From: Podarcis vaucheri | Lineage: Eukaryota | DNA length: 64,000 bases | Assembly: GCA_965113315.1 (NCBI GenBank) | Contig: OZ220369.1 | Reading direction: 5' to 3' (one strand) | Shown here: in pieces, positions 12,361-25,081 of the stretch | Position numbering within the stretch: the first letter of the stretch is position 1 | Layout: every line of letters begins with the position of its first letter | Notes under the pieces: generated by a model | Told to the model about the DNA's origin: nothing | What the model saw: the letters and a program-made list of their open reading frames with translations, nothing else | Database searches by the model: none | Position numbers and translations under genes: made by a program

Positions 12361-15300
12361 TATGTAAAGCAGGACTGACCAAGATGATGCCCTTCAGATG
12401 CTGCTGGCCTCCAACATGCGTCAGCCCCAACCCAACCGGCATGGCCAATGGTTATTTGTTATTTGAATGTCATGTTGTTTTCACCCTCTCCCACTGTCAC
12501 TAATATATGCATGTTTAGGCATGCATTCAGTTTTGTACACATCCCGTGCACTGCAAAAGCTGGAGAAGGGCAAATTTCAAAGAATAGCTATGCTTCGGTT
12601 TGTATGTTGTTCTGGAAAGTTTGAATTGGGTAGATTTAAATGCAAGCAGAATCAAATTTCTCCCCCACCCCAGCCATGGCTTACAGAACTGGAGAAAAGT
12701 CCTCCTGGGGAACATTTGGAATCTGCTTTTGGTCAGATTGATGACACTGGGACCAAGTGGACCACTGACCAAAATAAATATGATACAATTCCTTAGAGCG
12801 AACTCTCACTGTAAGTCCTTGGTAAGTGTGTCTGTGCTGCATATTCTATGTAGCTTTGTTCACAAAGGTTGCTCCTTTTGCATAATTACATGGTTCCCCA
12901 CTCCACCCCCTGTTCAAATGGGTCTGTTTGTTCATAAGGTGCTGTGCAAATCAGAACACTGTTTGCCCTGACATACACTTAAAGACTTCTCGTTTCAAAC
13001 AAAGCATAATAACAGGGCGGTGCAGCAATTATCCCCAGAGATCTCATCTCAGTAGTATGTTGGGCAACAGAAACGAAAAAAAACTACAATTAACTAATCT
13101 AGGAACTGGTTCGCACATGCGCAGGCTCATCCCTCGAAGGCTGAAACATCAAGCCACAATTTACGACTTAAAATGTGAAGGAGTCAACACGGATCCAACA
13201 CCAGAAACAGAAATTTCACACTTGCGGAAGCATGGATTTTAAAAATAAACAAGTCGCACCTGTATGTGGGAATGGGGTAGAAAGTCATTCAGACTGCATA
13301 ACTTGTAGTTACCGAACCAATTTGCAAACCAAAGAAAGCTATCCTTCAAACTGGCACTTTCCTGAATCTTGCAATCTTCCAACACACACAAAATGCACGC
13401 AATATATATATAATACATATCAATATATTAAATATTAAAAATAATAAAAATATTAAATATATATTAAATAAACATATATGAAACACACAAAAATATATTA
13501 GAGGAAAGTGCATAAAATGCTTATATTAATGAAAATAATGTACCGCATTTGGGAAAGCTGCTTTTAAATGCACATTTTAGGCAAAGATGCATACAAGGAT
13601 GTGTATACTGTATTAGGTGATGCCTTAGAAGATCCTCACCATTGCCTGAGGCCAGTGCCCTTGATGTAAGCTGCAGCAATGCCCATGTCAGAAGGGCAGA
13701 TCTATGGCTCTGTCCCACCACACTACTGCAAGCCAAAGATCTAGTCTTCTGAACAGCTTGGTGAAGATTTTGACCGAGTGTTCAGTGGCTGGGAAAAACA
13801 AAAATTTCTTTCTAGGGTCCATTAGGAAAGGGTTTGAAAACTACCAATATCATAATGTCATTATTCAAATCTATGGTGTGACCCTGCTTAGAATACTGTG
13901 TATAGTTCTGTTCACCTCACCTCAAAGAGGATATTGTAGTGTACTGGTTGGCCACTGTGAGAACAGGTTGCTGGCCCAGATGGGTCTTTTGTGTGATCCA
14001 ATTATGGGGCTCACGTCTTATGTTCCTTTGCAAAGATAGACAGAAGTTATATGGCCAAGCAAACACTACACGTGTAGCCCGGGTTAAGAATACAGCAAAA
14101 TCAAAACAAGAGGCCTATTTCTAAATTCATTTTCACCCTCTGCAAAACCTAGGAGCCATTTCCAGCTTTGCTTCCCTCCCACTTTTTATTCGTGTTATTT
14201 TCAATTGGGTCCTGTCACTGTAATTAGGGGTAGCTGAATCAGTCTAATTCCAGGCCATGTCTCTTCTTTATGTAGGCATGCTGCTCAATTCGGCAATAAT
14301 GTACACACAAAAAGAGCACATTTAAATACACATTCGTAAATGTGTTGCCTCTCCAAATACGTGTTTTAAAAGGACTTGCAGTTTTTGAGCTGAGCATTAC
14401 ATTGGAACTTCCCAGAATGGTGGAAGCCCATGGATTATTAGGTTGCAATCTGCATATTAGTGCAGGAGGTGCTGTAGTTAACTGTGTTCTGGAGCGTGAC
14501 TGGATAAGAGGAGGGAACTGCATGCAGGATGGAGCATGAAGGTCAAGGAGTCAGGGTGAAAGTTTATGGGAAGGGGGAATGTCAGGGAAGGCCCAGCTGG
14601 GATTAAAGCAGTTGGTGGGTTGAAGGTTCTTAGGTTAGGAACTAGTTCAGGAGATATCTCATGCTCTGAAGCATGTTTTGAAGCAGGCTTAGCTTAGTTT
14701 CCCTTTTTCCCCTGAACAAAATCTGCCAATCTTCATCCTGGTCTCTCACAGGGAACTTACATTTTAAGGGTTTGAGCACCCATTTTGAAGCAAACTGTTC
14801 ATAGTGAGGTCTGGACAGCACTTTATCACACTTTCCCTATGTTTCCTTAGCTGATAATTTCTACATTTTATGTGACCTTTCACACAATGTAAAAGCCACT
14901 TCTGGAAAAGGAGTGGAATCTAGCAGACGTTTCATGCTCATTTCTGTGTTATTTGCTTACAGGGTCAACCTCATTAACCTGGAAAATTACAGGAGTTTTC
15001 GCACTGCAATTCCACATGACAAAATTGAGGATCATGTTCTGATCTCTACAGTACAGTTCTTTCATTCCATTTAAAACATGACAGTTTATTGATCAAAATG
15101 TCACAGTTCCATAATGTAGTAGTCAATGCAGTGTAAAAGGAACATTAGAACCTGGGCTAGAAGTGCTAGCATTATAATCAGGAAAACTAATGCAATGATC
15201 CCATCCAATTGCACCCCATGACAGTGCAGATCATTTCAGTTTGTAATGGAATTCAAAAATTCCTCAAGTGTTACTAGTTGTGATTGTCTGATGTCAGCAG

Positions 15301-15482
15301 GTAAATATCTCCTTACACGGCACCTGCATGCTGCATGATTTGCTGGTGTGATGAGCGACATGTCACATTGTGACCAACACGGAACTTTATTGGCCACACA
15401 GAATCACGTTTTACAGAAGTCACTGACAACTAAGAAGATGGCTGATCAACTGTAGTGTCCCAACTTCTCCTGAAAGGCTCAC

Positions 15483-15518
15483 CTGGCGCCACCATTGCAT
15501 TCTTTAGACATAATATAT
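15483..15518 (-). other. Candidate 36-nt exon of the minus-strand gene
   Basis: Acceptor GCTTTTTTAATATAG, donor CAG/GTGAGC; length a multiple of 3; two open frames. Confidence 0.3.
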
Positions 15519-15618
15519 CTATATTAAAAAAGCATTGGCTCAAGATTCTGAAGTTCTTTTTACATATTGTTGACTCTTTTTATAGATTGGCCAGTTTTAT
15601 ATGTGTGATTATCTGCAT

Positions 15619-15622
<4 letters not shown>

Positions 15623-15651
<29 letters not shown>
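15623..15651. repeat. (TG)n microsatellite
   Basis: Direct observation. Confidence 0.95.
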
Positions 15652-15652
<1 letters not shown>

Positions 15653-17092
15653 TAGTAAATCACCCTGAGATAAATTTTGTTGATGGGAGGTATTGAAGTT
15701 TTATCAATGCATATTAAGGTACTAGCAATGCACATATACATATGTCTCTATTCTTTAAAAACCTATATTCTGCTGTTTTCAAATCATTTATAAAATTCCT
15801 TTTGTCTGGGTTTTGTTTTTGTTTTTTTAATGGTATGCCCATAAATTGCTGAGTGTGGAAGGCTTTCCTGGAATTTGGCTTGAAAGAGGCGCTCTGTCAT
15901 AGTCCATGGAATCAGTGGCAATATATGCTTTGTTGCAATGTAAGTGTAGCATCCATGACAGCTTCTCCCATTGGCAAATGTCCCCCAGGATCCAAAAGAT
16001 TGCTGACCTCTGGTATCCATGCTTACCTGGGACCTCAGTCCCATTGACCTCAGTCAATGGATTGCACTATGAAAGCTCCAGTTTCTGTGACACACCCCAT
16101 TCTTTGTGGGAAAACAAAAGCGGGCAAGGATTCATTGACTGCATGCTAAGAAGTAGCACAAAATCTTTGTTGCATCCAAATTTAGTGGGACTCAGCAACT
16201 GTCAAAGGACCCTTGTAGCTGGCAGTCTGCCTAATGAATATTCCATCAGACAAAATCCTTCGGGACACTATTCCTCTCATTAGACAAGAGCCTCTGCCCT
16301 TTGTTCAGAGCTCTTCAATAATATTCAGCACAAAGGTTTAAAAGGAACTTGGGTTGGTGGGGGAGAAAGAGTTATTCATGTTTAAAGCAACATCTGAAAC
16401 CCGAGAGATGACGGAAGGGCCACTGGGAAGCCGCCGCAGCTCTTTGGACCTCATTTTCGCACCGCTAAGCGGGCTTTGTACACAGCGCCAAGGTGTTTGG
16501 TTTTCAAAAGGCCTTTATGATCCCCTAATAGTTGGTGCTTGGAGAGAAGCAGGTATTAATCATGCAAAGCCATTTTGTGAACGAGGATCGCTCCAAGGGG
16601 CAGGTAAAAACTTTCTTGTCAAGTGTCGCCTGGGTCCAGAAGTAAAGTCTTCCAAAACGACTCGGCAGAAGGAGGATGGGGACAACTGACTGCTTCAACT
16701 GTGTTATTGCAAAAACAGGCAAAATTACATACAAAAATTCGTCAATCAGGTGAAATGCACACAAAAATGGATACACATTTTCATGCGGAGTTCTGTTTTG
16801 TTTTTAATCATGATCACAAACTGATGTGGAAATGAGCAGAAAGCTTAAGGTTGGGAAAATGAGGGAAACTGAAATTTAGAGATTCATCGATCTCTACCTC
16901 TATCTTCATGTTGCACCCACGTCCCGTAATCTTTCAGACTCTTTTAGAACAGTCTTCAGAACTGTTCAGTTACTTGGGGAGGCAAAAACCACCCTAAGCA
17001 CCATTGATTCCAGGTTTTGGGGGTGCTCTTTGCCAACATACTCTCAGTACCCTCAATTCATAGTGTAGAGGCCCAATTCTTTCTCCCTCTGC

Positions 17093-17654
17093 CAGTGGCG
17101 TAGCGTGGGGGTGCCAGGGGTGCCGGCCGCACCGGGTGCAACATTTGGGGGGACGCATTTGGCCGGCCCCCCTCGAGGAAGCGGGAACCTCTCCAAGGCG
17201 GGAGAGACCTCCTCCCGCCGCCAGCCTTCGGAAGGATGCTCCAAAGGCTGGCGGCGGGAGGAGGGCTCTCCGCCCCACCGCCAGGCTTCGGAAGGCTGCT
17301 CCGAAGCCTGGCGGCGGGAGGAGGTCTCTCCGCCCCACCGCCAGCCTTCAGAAGGCTCCTCCGAAGCCTGGCGGTGGGGCGGAGAGACCTCCTCCCGCCG
17401 CCAGCCTTCGGAAGGCTGCTCCGAAGCCTGGCGGTGGGGCAGAGAGACCTTCTCCCCGCGCCAGCCTTCGGATGGCTGTCCTGAAGACTTGTGGTGGGAG
17501 CAGTGGCGTAGCGTGGGGGGTGCAGGGGGGGCTGCCGCACCTGGCGCAACATTGGGGGCGCGCGCGGAAGAGACTCGAGTGCTAAAATCCACAGGTTAGG
17601 GGGCGCAAATTACTTGCCTTGCCCCGGGTGCTGAGAACCCATGCTACGCCACTG
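17093..17654 (+). mobile_element. Young non-autonomous hAT element with internal 60-bp palindromic tandem repeats
   Basis: TIRs CAGTGGCGTAGCG / TGCTACGCCACTG; perfect 8-bp TSD CCCTCTGC (17085-17092 and 17655-17662); CpG-rich. Confidence 0.92.
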
Positions 17655-19434
17655 CCCTCTGCTGCTGCCTTCAGCCAACTCCCCTGCCCCAAAACCATTT
17701 CTGAGAATTCTTTCACCAGCTTTCATGGCTTCTGAATCTAGCAGTGATCCAGACCTGGAGTGGGGGGCTGCATTGGCACTCCTCTGATGCCATCACAATC
17801 CCTATATGGGGATATTCCTGCATATTCCTGCATTGTAGGGGGTTGGCCTAGATTATCCTCAGGATCCCTTCCAACTCTACAATTCTATGGTTCTGTGATC
17901 ACCGGCTTTGAGACAAAAGAAGCACACCAGAAGAAGACTATGGAATGGAGTAGGAGGAGAACCCATCTTCAGGCTGTTTAAGGTATGGAGGATGGAAGTG
18001 GTAATCTGGAGACAGAAGCATAAAAGGCTTCAGTCTGGCTGCAGGCTTTGCTGGAATAAGTGGGAACTGTCTGTGCTGAGGCAACTTTTGACCAGCCTCC
18101 AGCCTTGACACCTTCTCCATAGGATCTGGCATCGGACCAGTATGGACAATACTGAGCTAGATGGTCTGACTCTGTATAAAGCAGCTTTCTATGTTCCTAT
18201 GCATGTCCACATGCCACAGCAAACATTCCAAAAAGAAGAAAATGTAATTGCTGTGTACAATGAATGATTCAGATGGCCCTTTGTTATGGGAATAGTGGTG
18301 CATTCCAGCCATGGCCAAAAAGTGTCCAGGCATTTGCTGAATGATAGTGTGAATTGCCAAAGGTACCAAATTAAACATTATCATCCAGAGTCTAGTTTTA
18401 CATTCAGGCACAGAGGAGGCACTGCTGAGGTGCCTTGAGGATGAGAAATACATTTAGTATAATCCACTTGCTCTAGGACAAAGCTTGGAGGGGGAGAGAA
18501 TCAATAAAAGATGTGAGAAAAATGAGAAGAGCAAAGCCTGTTAAGAAAAAAAAGGTAGCAGTTGTTCACACTCCAAATGAGAAATCCTCCAAAATTATAG
18601 TTTCGTTTGCAAAAGACTATTCAGGATATTCTAGACCAGTCAAAAACCATTTTCCTGAAGATAGCAAGCTATAACCAGAGTGACTTCACTGCTTAGGAAT
18701 TAACCTAAATTGGAAGCCTAGTGCATATTATACAGATTATTATTATATCTTGAGCATTTATACATCAGGCTGATAAACCTCTTCTGGGGAATGCCTTGCT
18801 CTGGTCTTTGCGCCAAAGCTGTCTAATTCCTGTTAATTAAAAAATAAAATTTCTGAACATGTCTTACTTCTCCTCTTTATGGCGAATGTGTGTGTGTGTC
18901 TCCAAATAGCAACCCAGCATCTACTTCCTCCCATATTGCCATTAACATATACTTATATTAACTGCTCCAAGAACACATTAATTAATTTAATAATAATAAT
19001 AATAGTTTAAGTATTTACCCACCCTTCACCAGCAGATCCCAGGACATGTTACAACAATTTTAAAATTCAGAATTTAAAACACAGTGTTACACTTGCTTAA
19101 GGAGCCATAGCTGCATGGTAGGTCCCTTTTTTTCACGTTGAAGGTCCCAATCCCTGGCACCTCCAAGTAGGATTTACAATAAAGTAGGTAAACATGTAAA
19201 CAACTGGTTATTATGTCCATGTGAAACATCCCTATGCATTGATTTGGCTTCTATTTTATTTCAGGGAGACAGGAAGTAAGTGATTTGCTCTTCCCGGTGT
19301 AACGTTAAGGGAGCCGTCTATGGCAGCTGCAAATGCTGATTCTTGCACCCTGAACCCTCCAATGAAGTCCCTGTTCAATGTTGCGGCACCTGTGGCTTTT
19401 TAGTTAAGAGAAAAGGCAGATAAGAAGCAGTACG

Positions 19435-19845
19435 ACAGAAGTTTATGAAATTATCCATGCCGTGGAGAAAGTGGGCAGGGAAAGGTTTTTCTCCCTCTTT
19501 CATAGCATGGGATTCCTGAGCATCCAATGAAGCTGAATGAAGGAACATTCAGGAGGATGGAAAAAAGAAAGGACTTCTTCACATAGCATATAGTTAAACT
19601 GTGGGACTTGCTCTAAAAGGAGGCTGTGATGGCCACTAACTTAGACATGGTGGCCATGTTCCACCTCCACTATCAGAGGCAGTAGGCCTCTCAGTCACGG
19701 TTGCTAGGAACCACAGGCGGGCAGAGTGGCTGTTGTGCATGAATCCTGCTTGGGCGCTTCTCACAGACTTCTGGCTGGCCATTGTGAGAACAGGATGCCG
19801 GACTAGAGGGGACATTGACCTGGACCAGTAGGTTCTTCTTCTTGT
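19435..19845 (+). mobile_element. CR1 LINE 3' fragment
   Basis: AGAAGTTTATGAAATTATCCATGCCGTGGAGAAAGTGG ... GGCCATTGTGAGAACAGGATGCCGGACTAGA matches the CR1 ORF2 end/3' UTR seen repeatedly in the window. Confidence 0.65.
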
Positions 19846-22800
19846 GTTGCTCCACATGAGCCAAAGCAGGAAGGACGCCTCGTCTGCATTTCCTGCATTT
19901 CCTGTCCCCATCAATCAGACACCACCTGCAGCTGCTCTAGGGATGAAGGTCTCAGTGGTGCACTTATCCACACATGCTAAAATTTCTCATATAATATGTA
20001 TATACATTATTATACTTTTAATATTATGCACACACACGCACACACCAATACACTCCAGGTTTCCTGCAGTAACCAGCACATAAACAACACATATAACTGC
20101 AATTATATTTCTAAAATTATGCAGCAGAAATATAGTACTGCATGGGGCTTGACTATTTTATATGTCGCTAATATACATATTCCTTTTCTGTGTCATTGTG
20201 CACTTAAATAGTCAGGATTTCTTTCTTTCTTTACAATGATGTACAGACATAAGCAAGTACTTGATGCAAGAGGTAGCCTCGTATAGGTAGAACTTGGATG
20301 GATCAGAAACACCAGCTTCTGTGTATAAATCTGTTAAAACTGATTCTTCCTTCATCTCTAAACTGATCTCCTCCGCCCGCCCCCCCCCGCCCCCCTGTTT
20401 CCACAAGGGAAGTCTTGTAGCCCCAGAAACAGCCAGGTGGGACTTCTGCTTAAGTTCACCTAAAACGCTGCAAGACCATCTCCACACAACTCTGTGCATG
20501 CTGAGAACAACTTTTCATCGCCTGATCTACATAGGTAAACAGTGGAGAGGGCATTTCCTCCCCTCACATCTACAAATACGGTCTAACTTCATTAAATGTT
20601 AGGGAGACACAATTTGATACCTACAAAGCTAAACAAACTCTATGCAGAAAATCAATTTTAAACCTGGAAATGAACAGCAGATAATGCAAATTTGTTGCAT
20701 ACATTCTGAGATCGCCCAAGCACAATGAGCTATCAAGGACAAATGGTGCAGGTTATATATGAAATTATAAGAACAATACAGTATGTATAACTCCAAAGCT
20801 AATTCTGTTCAATATATGGCTTGCATGTATCCAACTAAGTTATACTCTGAGCAGGCCCACTGAAATGAATGAACCTGTCCATTTCAGCCTCTGCAAAATC
20901 CTGAGACCACCACAAACCTCTCTGAAACATGAGCAGCTTCTAATTTTCATTTTTCATTGAGATGGCACCCTGGCAGTGTAATGGTAACTCATTGAAAGAA
21001 GAATTAGAAGCTGTCTCTGCAGTACCTTACCCTCTTTTGTATTTGATCTTGCAAAAATATCCCTCTCAGGAATTACTTACATTTAAATTATAACTCCGGT
21101 TTGCCAGTGTTTGGACTTAAAAGCCATACTTTTTAAGTCACTGTTATTGCTGTAGTAGATTTAGGGGTATGAAAGGCCTTCTGTTTACTGCTTCATATTA
21201 ACAAAGCATTTGTTTAGCAAGCAGATTGGATAGATGTTGCCACAAGACCTTAAATTATAAAACCAGCCCCTCACATGGGTGCTTTTTTCTTTTCTTTTTT
21301 GAGAGTAAAATGACAGTCCTCATGGAGGGCTAGAGTAAATCAAATACGACTCTGTCCATCTTGCTTTGGGCAATCTTCCCTAATGAATGTACAATAGCAT
21401 TTCCCAACATCTCTTATTCTAGGACCTCACTTAGGAACATAGGAAATCAAAGAACTACTCTGCTTATAGAATCATAGAATTATGGACGGCACCCCAAGGG
21501 TCATCTAGTCCAACCCCCCTATGTTCTGAATTTTCACATCAGTATCTGATAAAGATCTCTCTTTAGGATCTATCAATTTCTGAACCTTTCTCTTCCTTTT
21601 TTTGCAGGTGTCCGTGGTGGCAACTGGATTGTGAGAGAATAACCTAGTGTCTATCTTGTTGTCAACTTGATGTGAGATAAATACATTTTTAAAAATTTGC
21701 ATGCCTCTTAAAATTTGTCTTCGCCTTTGAAATCTGTTGTGAACTAGTAAATTTGTTTCAGCCTAGTTTTTATTTTCTGCTGCCCTCTGCTGCATTCTGA
21801 TTTCAATTGTTGTATCGTAGCTGTACACAGAGGCAGCCCACCCTGTTTCACCACCGGAGGAGAAATGGGAATCACTGCCTCTGGCCCTACCGCCCCTGTG
21901 CTGGAACGGCTCGCTCTTGGCGGAGGAAGTGGGGCAGGCAAAGTGCCACCTCTTGAACTTCTGCCGCCTGAGGCACACACTTCACCCCGCCTCATGGGCA
22001 GGCCGGCTCTGGCTGTGCAGTAGACTCGCAACTCCCACATGTTTGACATGTGCAATTTCAACTTTACATGGCTGAAGATCAGCCAGTTGAAACCACACAG
22101 ATCTGATGCATGGAAGGTGGAGAGTTTAAAAGCTATTTTTGCACAGGGCTTTCCCAGCACGGAAGGCACTTTTAAGCTCTCCGCCTTGCTCTGGGAGGCT
22201 CTTGCAAAGGCTCTGAAGGCTCTTGAGAGATTTTGCAGGAACTCAGATGGCCCTGCAATGTCTCCTGACAAGTGTCCCAGAGCCCAGAGAGCTGCCTTGC
22301 TTGTGGGGTAAGACTTGTTTGGCGTGCCTCCTCCAGAAGGTAAGATAGCTCATGTTCCAAGATATGCACACTATCACTGGAACCTCATTCCCATGCAAGT
22401 TGTGGGTGGGCTGTATTTATAATCTTATATTCATTCTGTAGGCTGCCCAGATAACAAATGTTTATAAGGCAGGCTATGAATATAAGTAACTCCGTAAGTA
22501 AATGAACAGATAATGAAATAATTGTCAGGTTGTAAGGTTCTAGTCCATATGGGTAGCCTCCCAGTATTTTGCACTGCATTCCTTAAACACCTTCCCCTAG
22601 TTTCTGGCCCCTTTCCTGCAGAGGTGCATGGTGAGGCAAAGTCATTTTCCACCAGGGAACTCACTGAGTTATGCCTTGCTCAGCTGCCCATGATTCCTAG
22701 AAATGCACATTGCAATCTCACTGGATTGATTAATCAGTTGGTTAAAAGACACCCTGAAGAATATTGATAGACAGGCAGATGGACAGACAGGCAGATGATA

Positions 22801-23077
22801 GACAGGCAAACAGATAACAAGAATCGTAGTTCTCCCTGGAATCAAACCTCTACTGTATAAAATGTGATACCAGCACTTCGATCCTGTGCATCTCTACTCC
22901 AAAGTAAACCTTATTTAATTCAGTGGGACTTACTCCCAAGTAACCACGTAGCCAGAGTTGTCTTTGCTGTATCAGCTGATCATTTCCCCAGAACACTGAG
23001 ATATAAAGGAGAAAGTTTGCAAAAGGAGGGTGTTTGCAGGATTTCTTTTGCAAAACTGGTGTGAGAAGATATAGGTC

Positions 23078-23080
<3 letters not shown>

Positions 23081-23111
<31 letters not shown>
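23081..23111. repeat. (CA)n microsatellite
   Basis: Direct observation. Confidence 0.95.
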
Positions 23112-23114
<3 letters not shown>

Positions 23115-24034
23115 CGTTGTCTAACAGATCAGTGAAATCTATAAAACAATGCTGAAGATCAAGCCTATTAGGCTGCCACCCATATGAACTCATTATCACA
23201 CGGAGTGGCTGTTGGGCAAATGTTCCATGTCTGCATGGCTCTCCAGTCTGAATGACCCTATTCCCTAGCAAGTGTGTCTAGAATCGCAGCCCGAAGTTTC
23301 TTTTTAATGTGTCTCCTGCCTTGGGCAACAGTATGATTCTGTTTTCCTTGTTCAATCAGGTTAGCACGGAAAGTGCTTCAGCGACATTCCCTTGTCATGT
23401 AGTTGTCCTGTATTTTAGCGCAACAAGGGAAGCGTTCAGTTGTAAACACTGAAAGGAAATACTTGTTCATCTATTGGGCTGCTGAAGTCCTGGGAATATG
23501 ATAGTCGAGTGGCAAAAATTGCGAAGCTAAAAATAAGATTGGAGACAGACCTTCTAATAAAATGAAAGCAGAAAACAAAAAGATCAGAGCACCCACCATC
23601 TCTCGCACAGAGGATGTTGAATTCTATCCAAAATGCAATCATGGTTTTCAGAGGGGTTCTCAAATCAGTCTGCTACAACAAAAAATATCAGTGAATCTGG
23701 CGAAATTTGATTCAAATTGGAATTAAATGTGAATCAAACTAATTTGCACTAAAAATAATAAGACGCAAATGGAAATGCATCCTTTGAAATTAGCACTTTC
23801 CTAGATATTGCAATGCAGTTCTCCAGCCCAGTAAGATGTACAAAAATGGATACACTCCAGTAAAGTGAGCCTAAAAATGGATATATTGATGACAATAACA
23901 TACAAACATACATATTTGGGGGGGGGGAATGGACTGCAATGCTGATGAATTTTCATGATGACTTTTTTAAAAAAAAGAATTTGCAAACTGATTTGGAGAC
24001 CTACAGGCAAAGCTTTGGTGGACTAGAGTCTACA

Positions 24035-24171
24035 TCAGCCTTTCTCAACTTTGGGTCCCTAGATGCTGTTGGACTACAGTTCCCATCATTCCTAGCCAGC
24101 ATGGCCAGTGTTTGTGGATAATGGGAGCTGTAGTTCAAGAACATCTGGGGACCCAAGTTTACGAAAGGCTG
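24035..24171. mobile_element. hAT-type MITE (GGACTACA..TCCCA family)
   Basis: CAGCCTTTCTCAACTTTGGGTCCC ... GGGACCCAAGTTTACGAAAGGCTG inverted termini. Confidence 0.75.
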
Positions 24172-24715
24172 GTCTACATCATCAGATGCATGAAGCGTCC
24201 TCCTCAGTTGGCAGAAACAGATGCCTGCAAGGGCAAACGAGTGGCCTTAAGGTCTTCGGATCTGCCTCTTTAGCAACATGGAACTGGGTTCCAAAACATC
24301 CTGCTTTAATAGGCATTCTTTCTCTCTAGTGAGCCCTGAGAACTGTAGCTGGGGTGCAGAGGAGAGGGACATTGCACTGAGCACACAGCCACAATTTTAG
24401 GCAGGTAATGTTGCATGTGACTTTCTGTGCAAGCTGCAGGCTTTGTGCTTGCATTTTATTTTGTTTTATTCTTTAACTACTGGTGAAATCAGATGTTAAA
24501 AACGATCTTAAAAAAACCAAAATATAAATAAAACCAGCAGTTTTTAGCATACGCATCATAAAACAAAATGGTGTATTAAAATAACATACCACATTTACAA
24601 GTCTGGGTGCAGTAAGCTTGCTTAAACAAAAACAAAGGTTTATATCTGTTATTGTTCCTTGCTGGGTTAGGTTACTTGGGAGACCGGGATTTGTTAAGTC
24701 AGTAACAGGAGGGGC

Positions 24716-25081
24716 GGGACGCGGGTGGCGCTGTGGGCTAAAGCCTCAGCGCCTAGGGCTTGCCGATCGAAAGGTCGGCGGTTCGAATCCCCGCGGCGGG
24801 GTGCGCTCCCGCTGCTCGGTCCCAGCGCCTGCCCACCTAGCAGTTCGAAAGCACCCCCGGGGGCAAGTAGATAAATAGGTACCGCTTACCAGCGGGAAGG
24901 TAAACGGCGTTCCGTGTGCGGCTCTGGCTCGCCAGAGCAGCGTTGTCACGCTGGCCACGTGACCCGGAAGTGTCTGCGGACAGCGCTGGCCCCCGGCCAA
25001 TAGATGTGAGATGGGCGCACAAACCCCAGAGTCTGTCAAGACTGGCCCGTTCGGGCAAGGGTACCTTTACCTTTACCTTTT
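24716..25081 (+). mobile_element. Full-length Sauria SINE (Squam1)
   Basis: Pol III box A TGGCGCTGTGG (24726-24736), box B GGTTCGAATCC (24780-24790), (ACCTTT)n tail, 13-bp TSD TAACAGGAGGGGC (24703-24715 and 25082-25094). Confidence 0.95.

Noticed and set aside
17195-17500. CRISPR-like palindromic repeat array
   Set aside because: Eukaryotic DNA; the intervening segments are copies of one module rather than unique spacers, no cas genes are present, and the array is bounded by hAT TIRs and a TSD.
17053-17599. Overlapping 150-180 aa ORFs in several frames
   Set aside because: By-product of GC-rich, stop-poor 60-bp repeats within a MITE; not a gene.
20971-20994. TGGCAGTGTAATGGTAACTC resembling miR-34/449
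   Set aside because: Only the seed region matches and no complementary star arm or hairpin is visible.
23375-23440. Possible hairpin TTCCCTTGT...ACAAGGGAA as a pre-miRNA
   Set aside because: Stem is only about 9 bp with a large unpaired interior, and it matches no miRNA I recognise.
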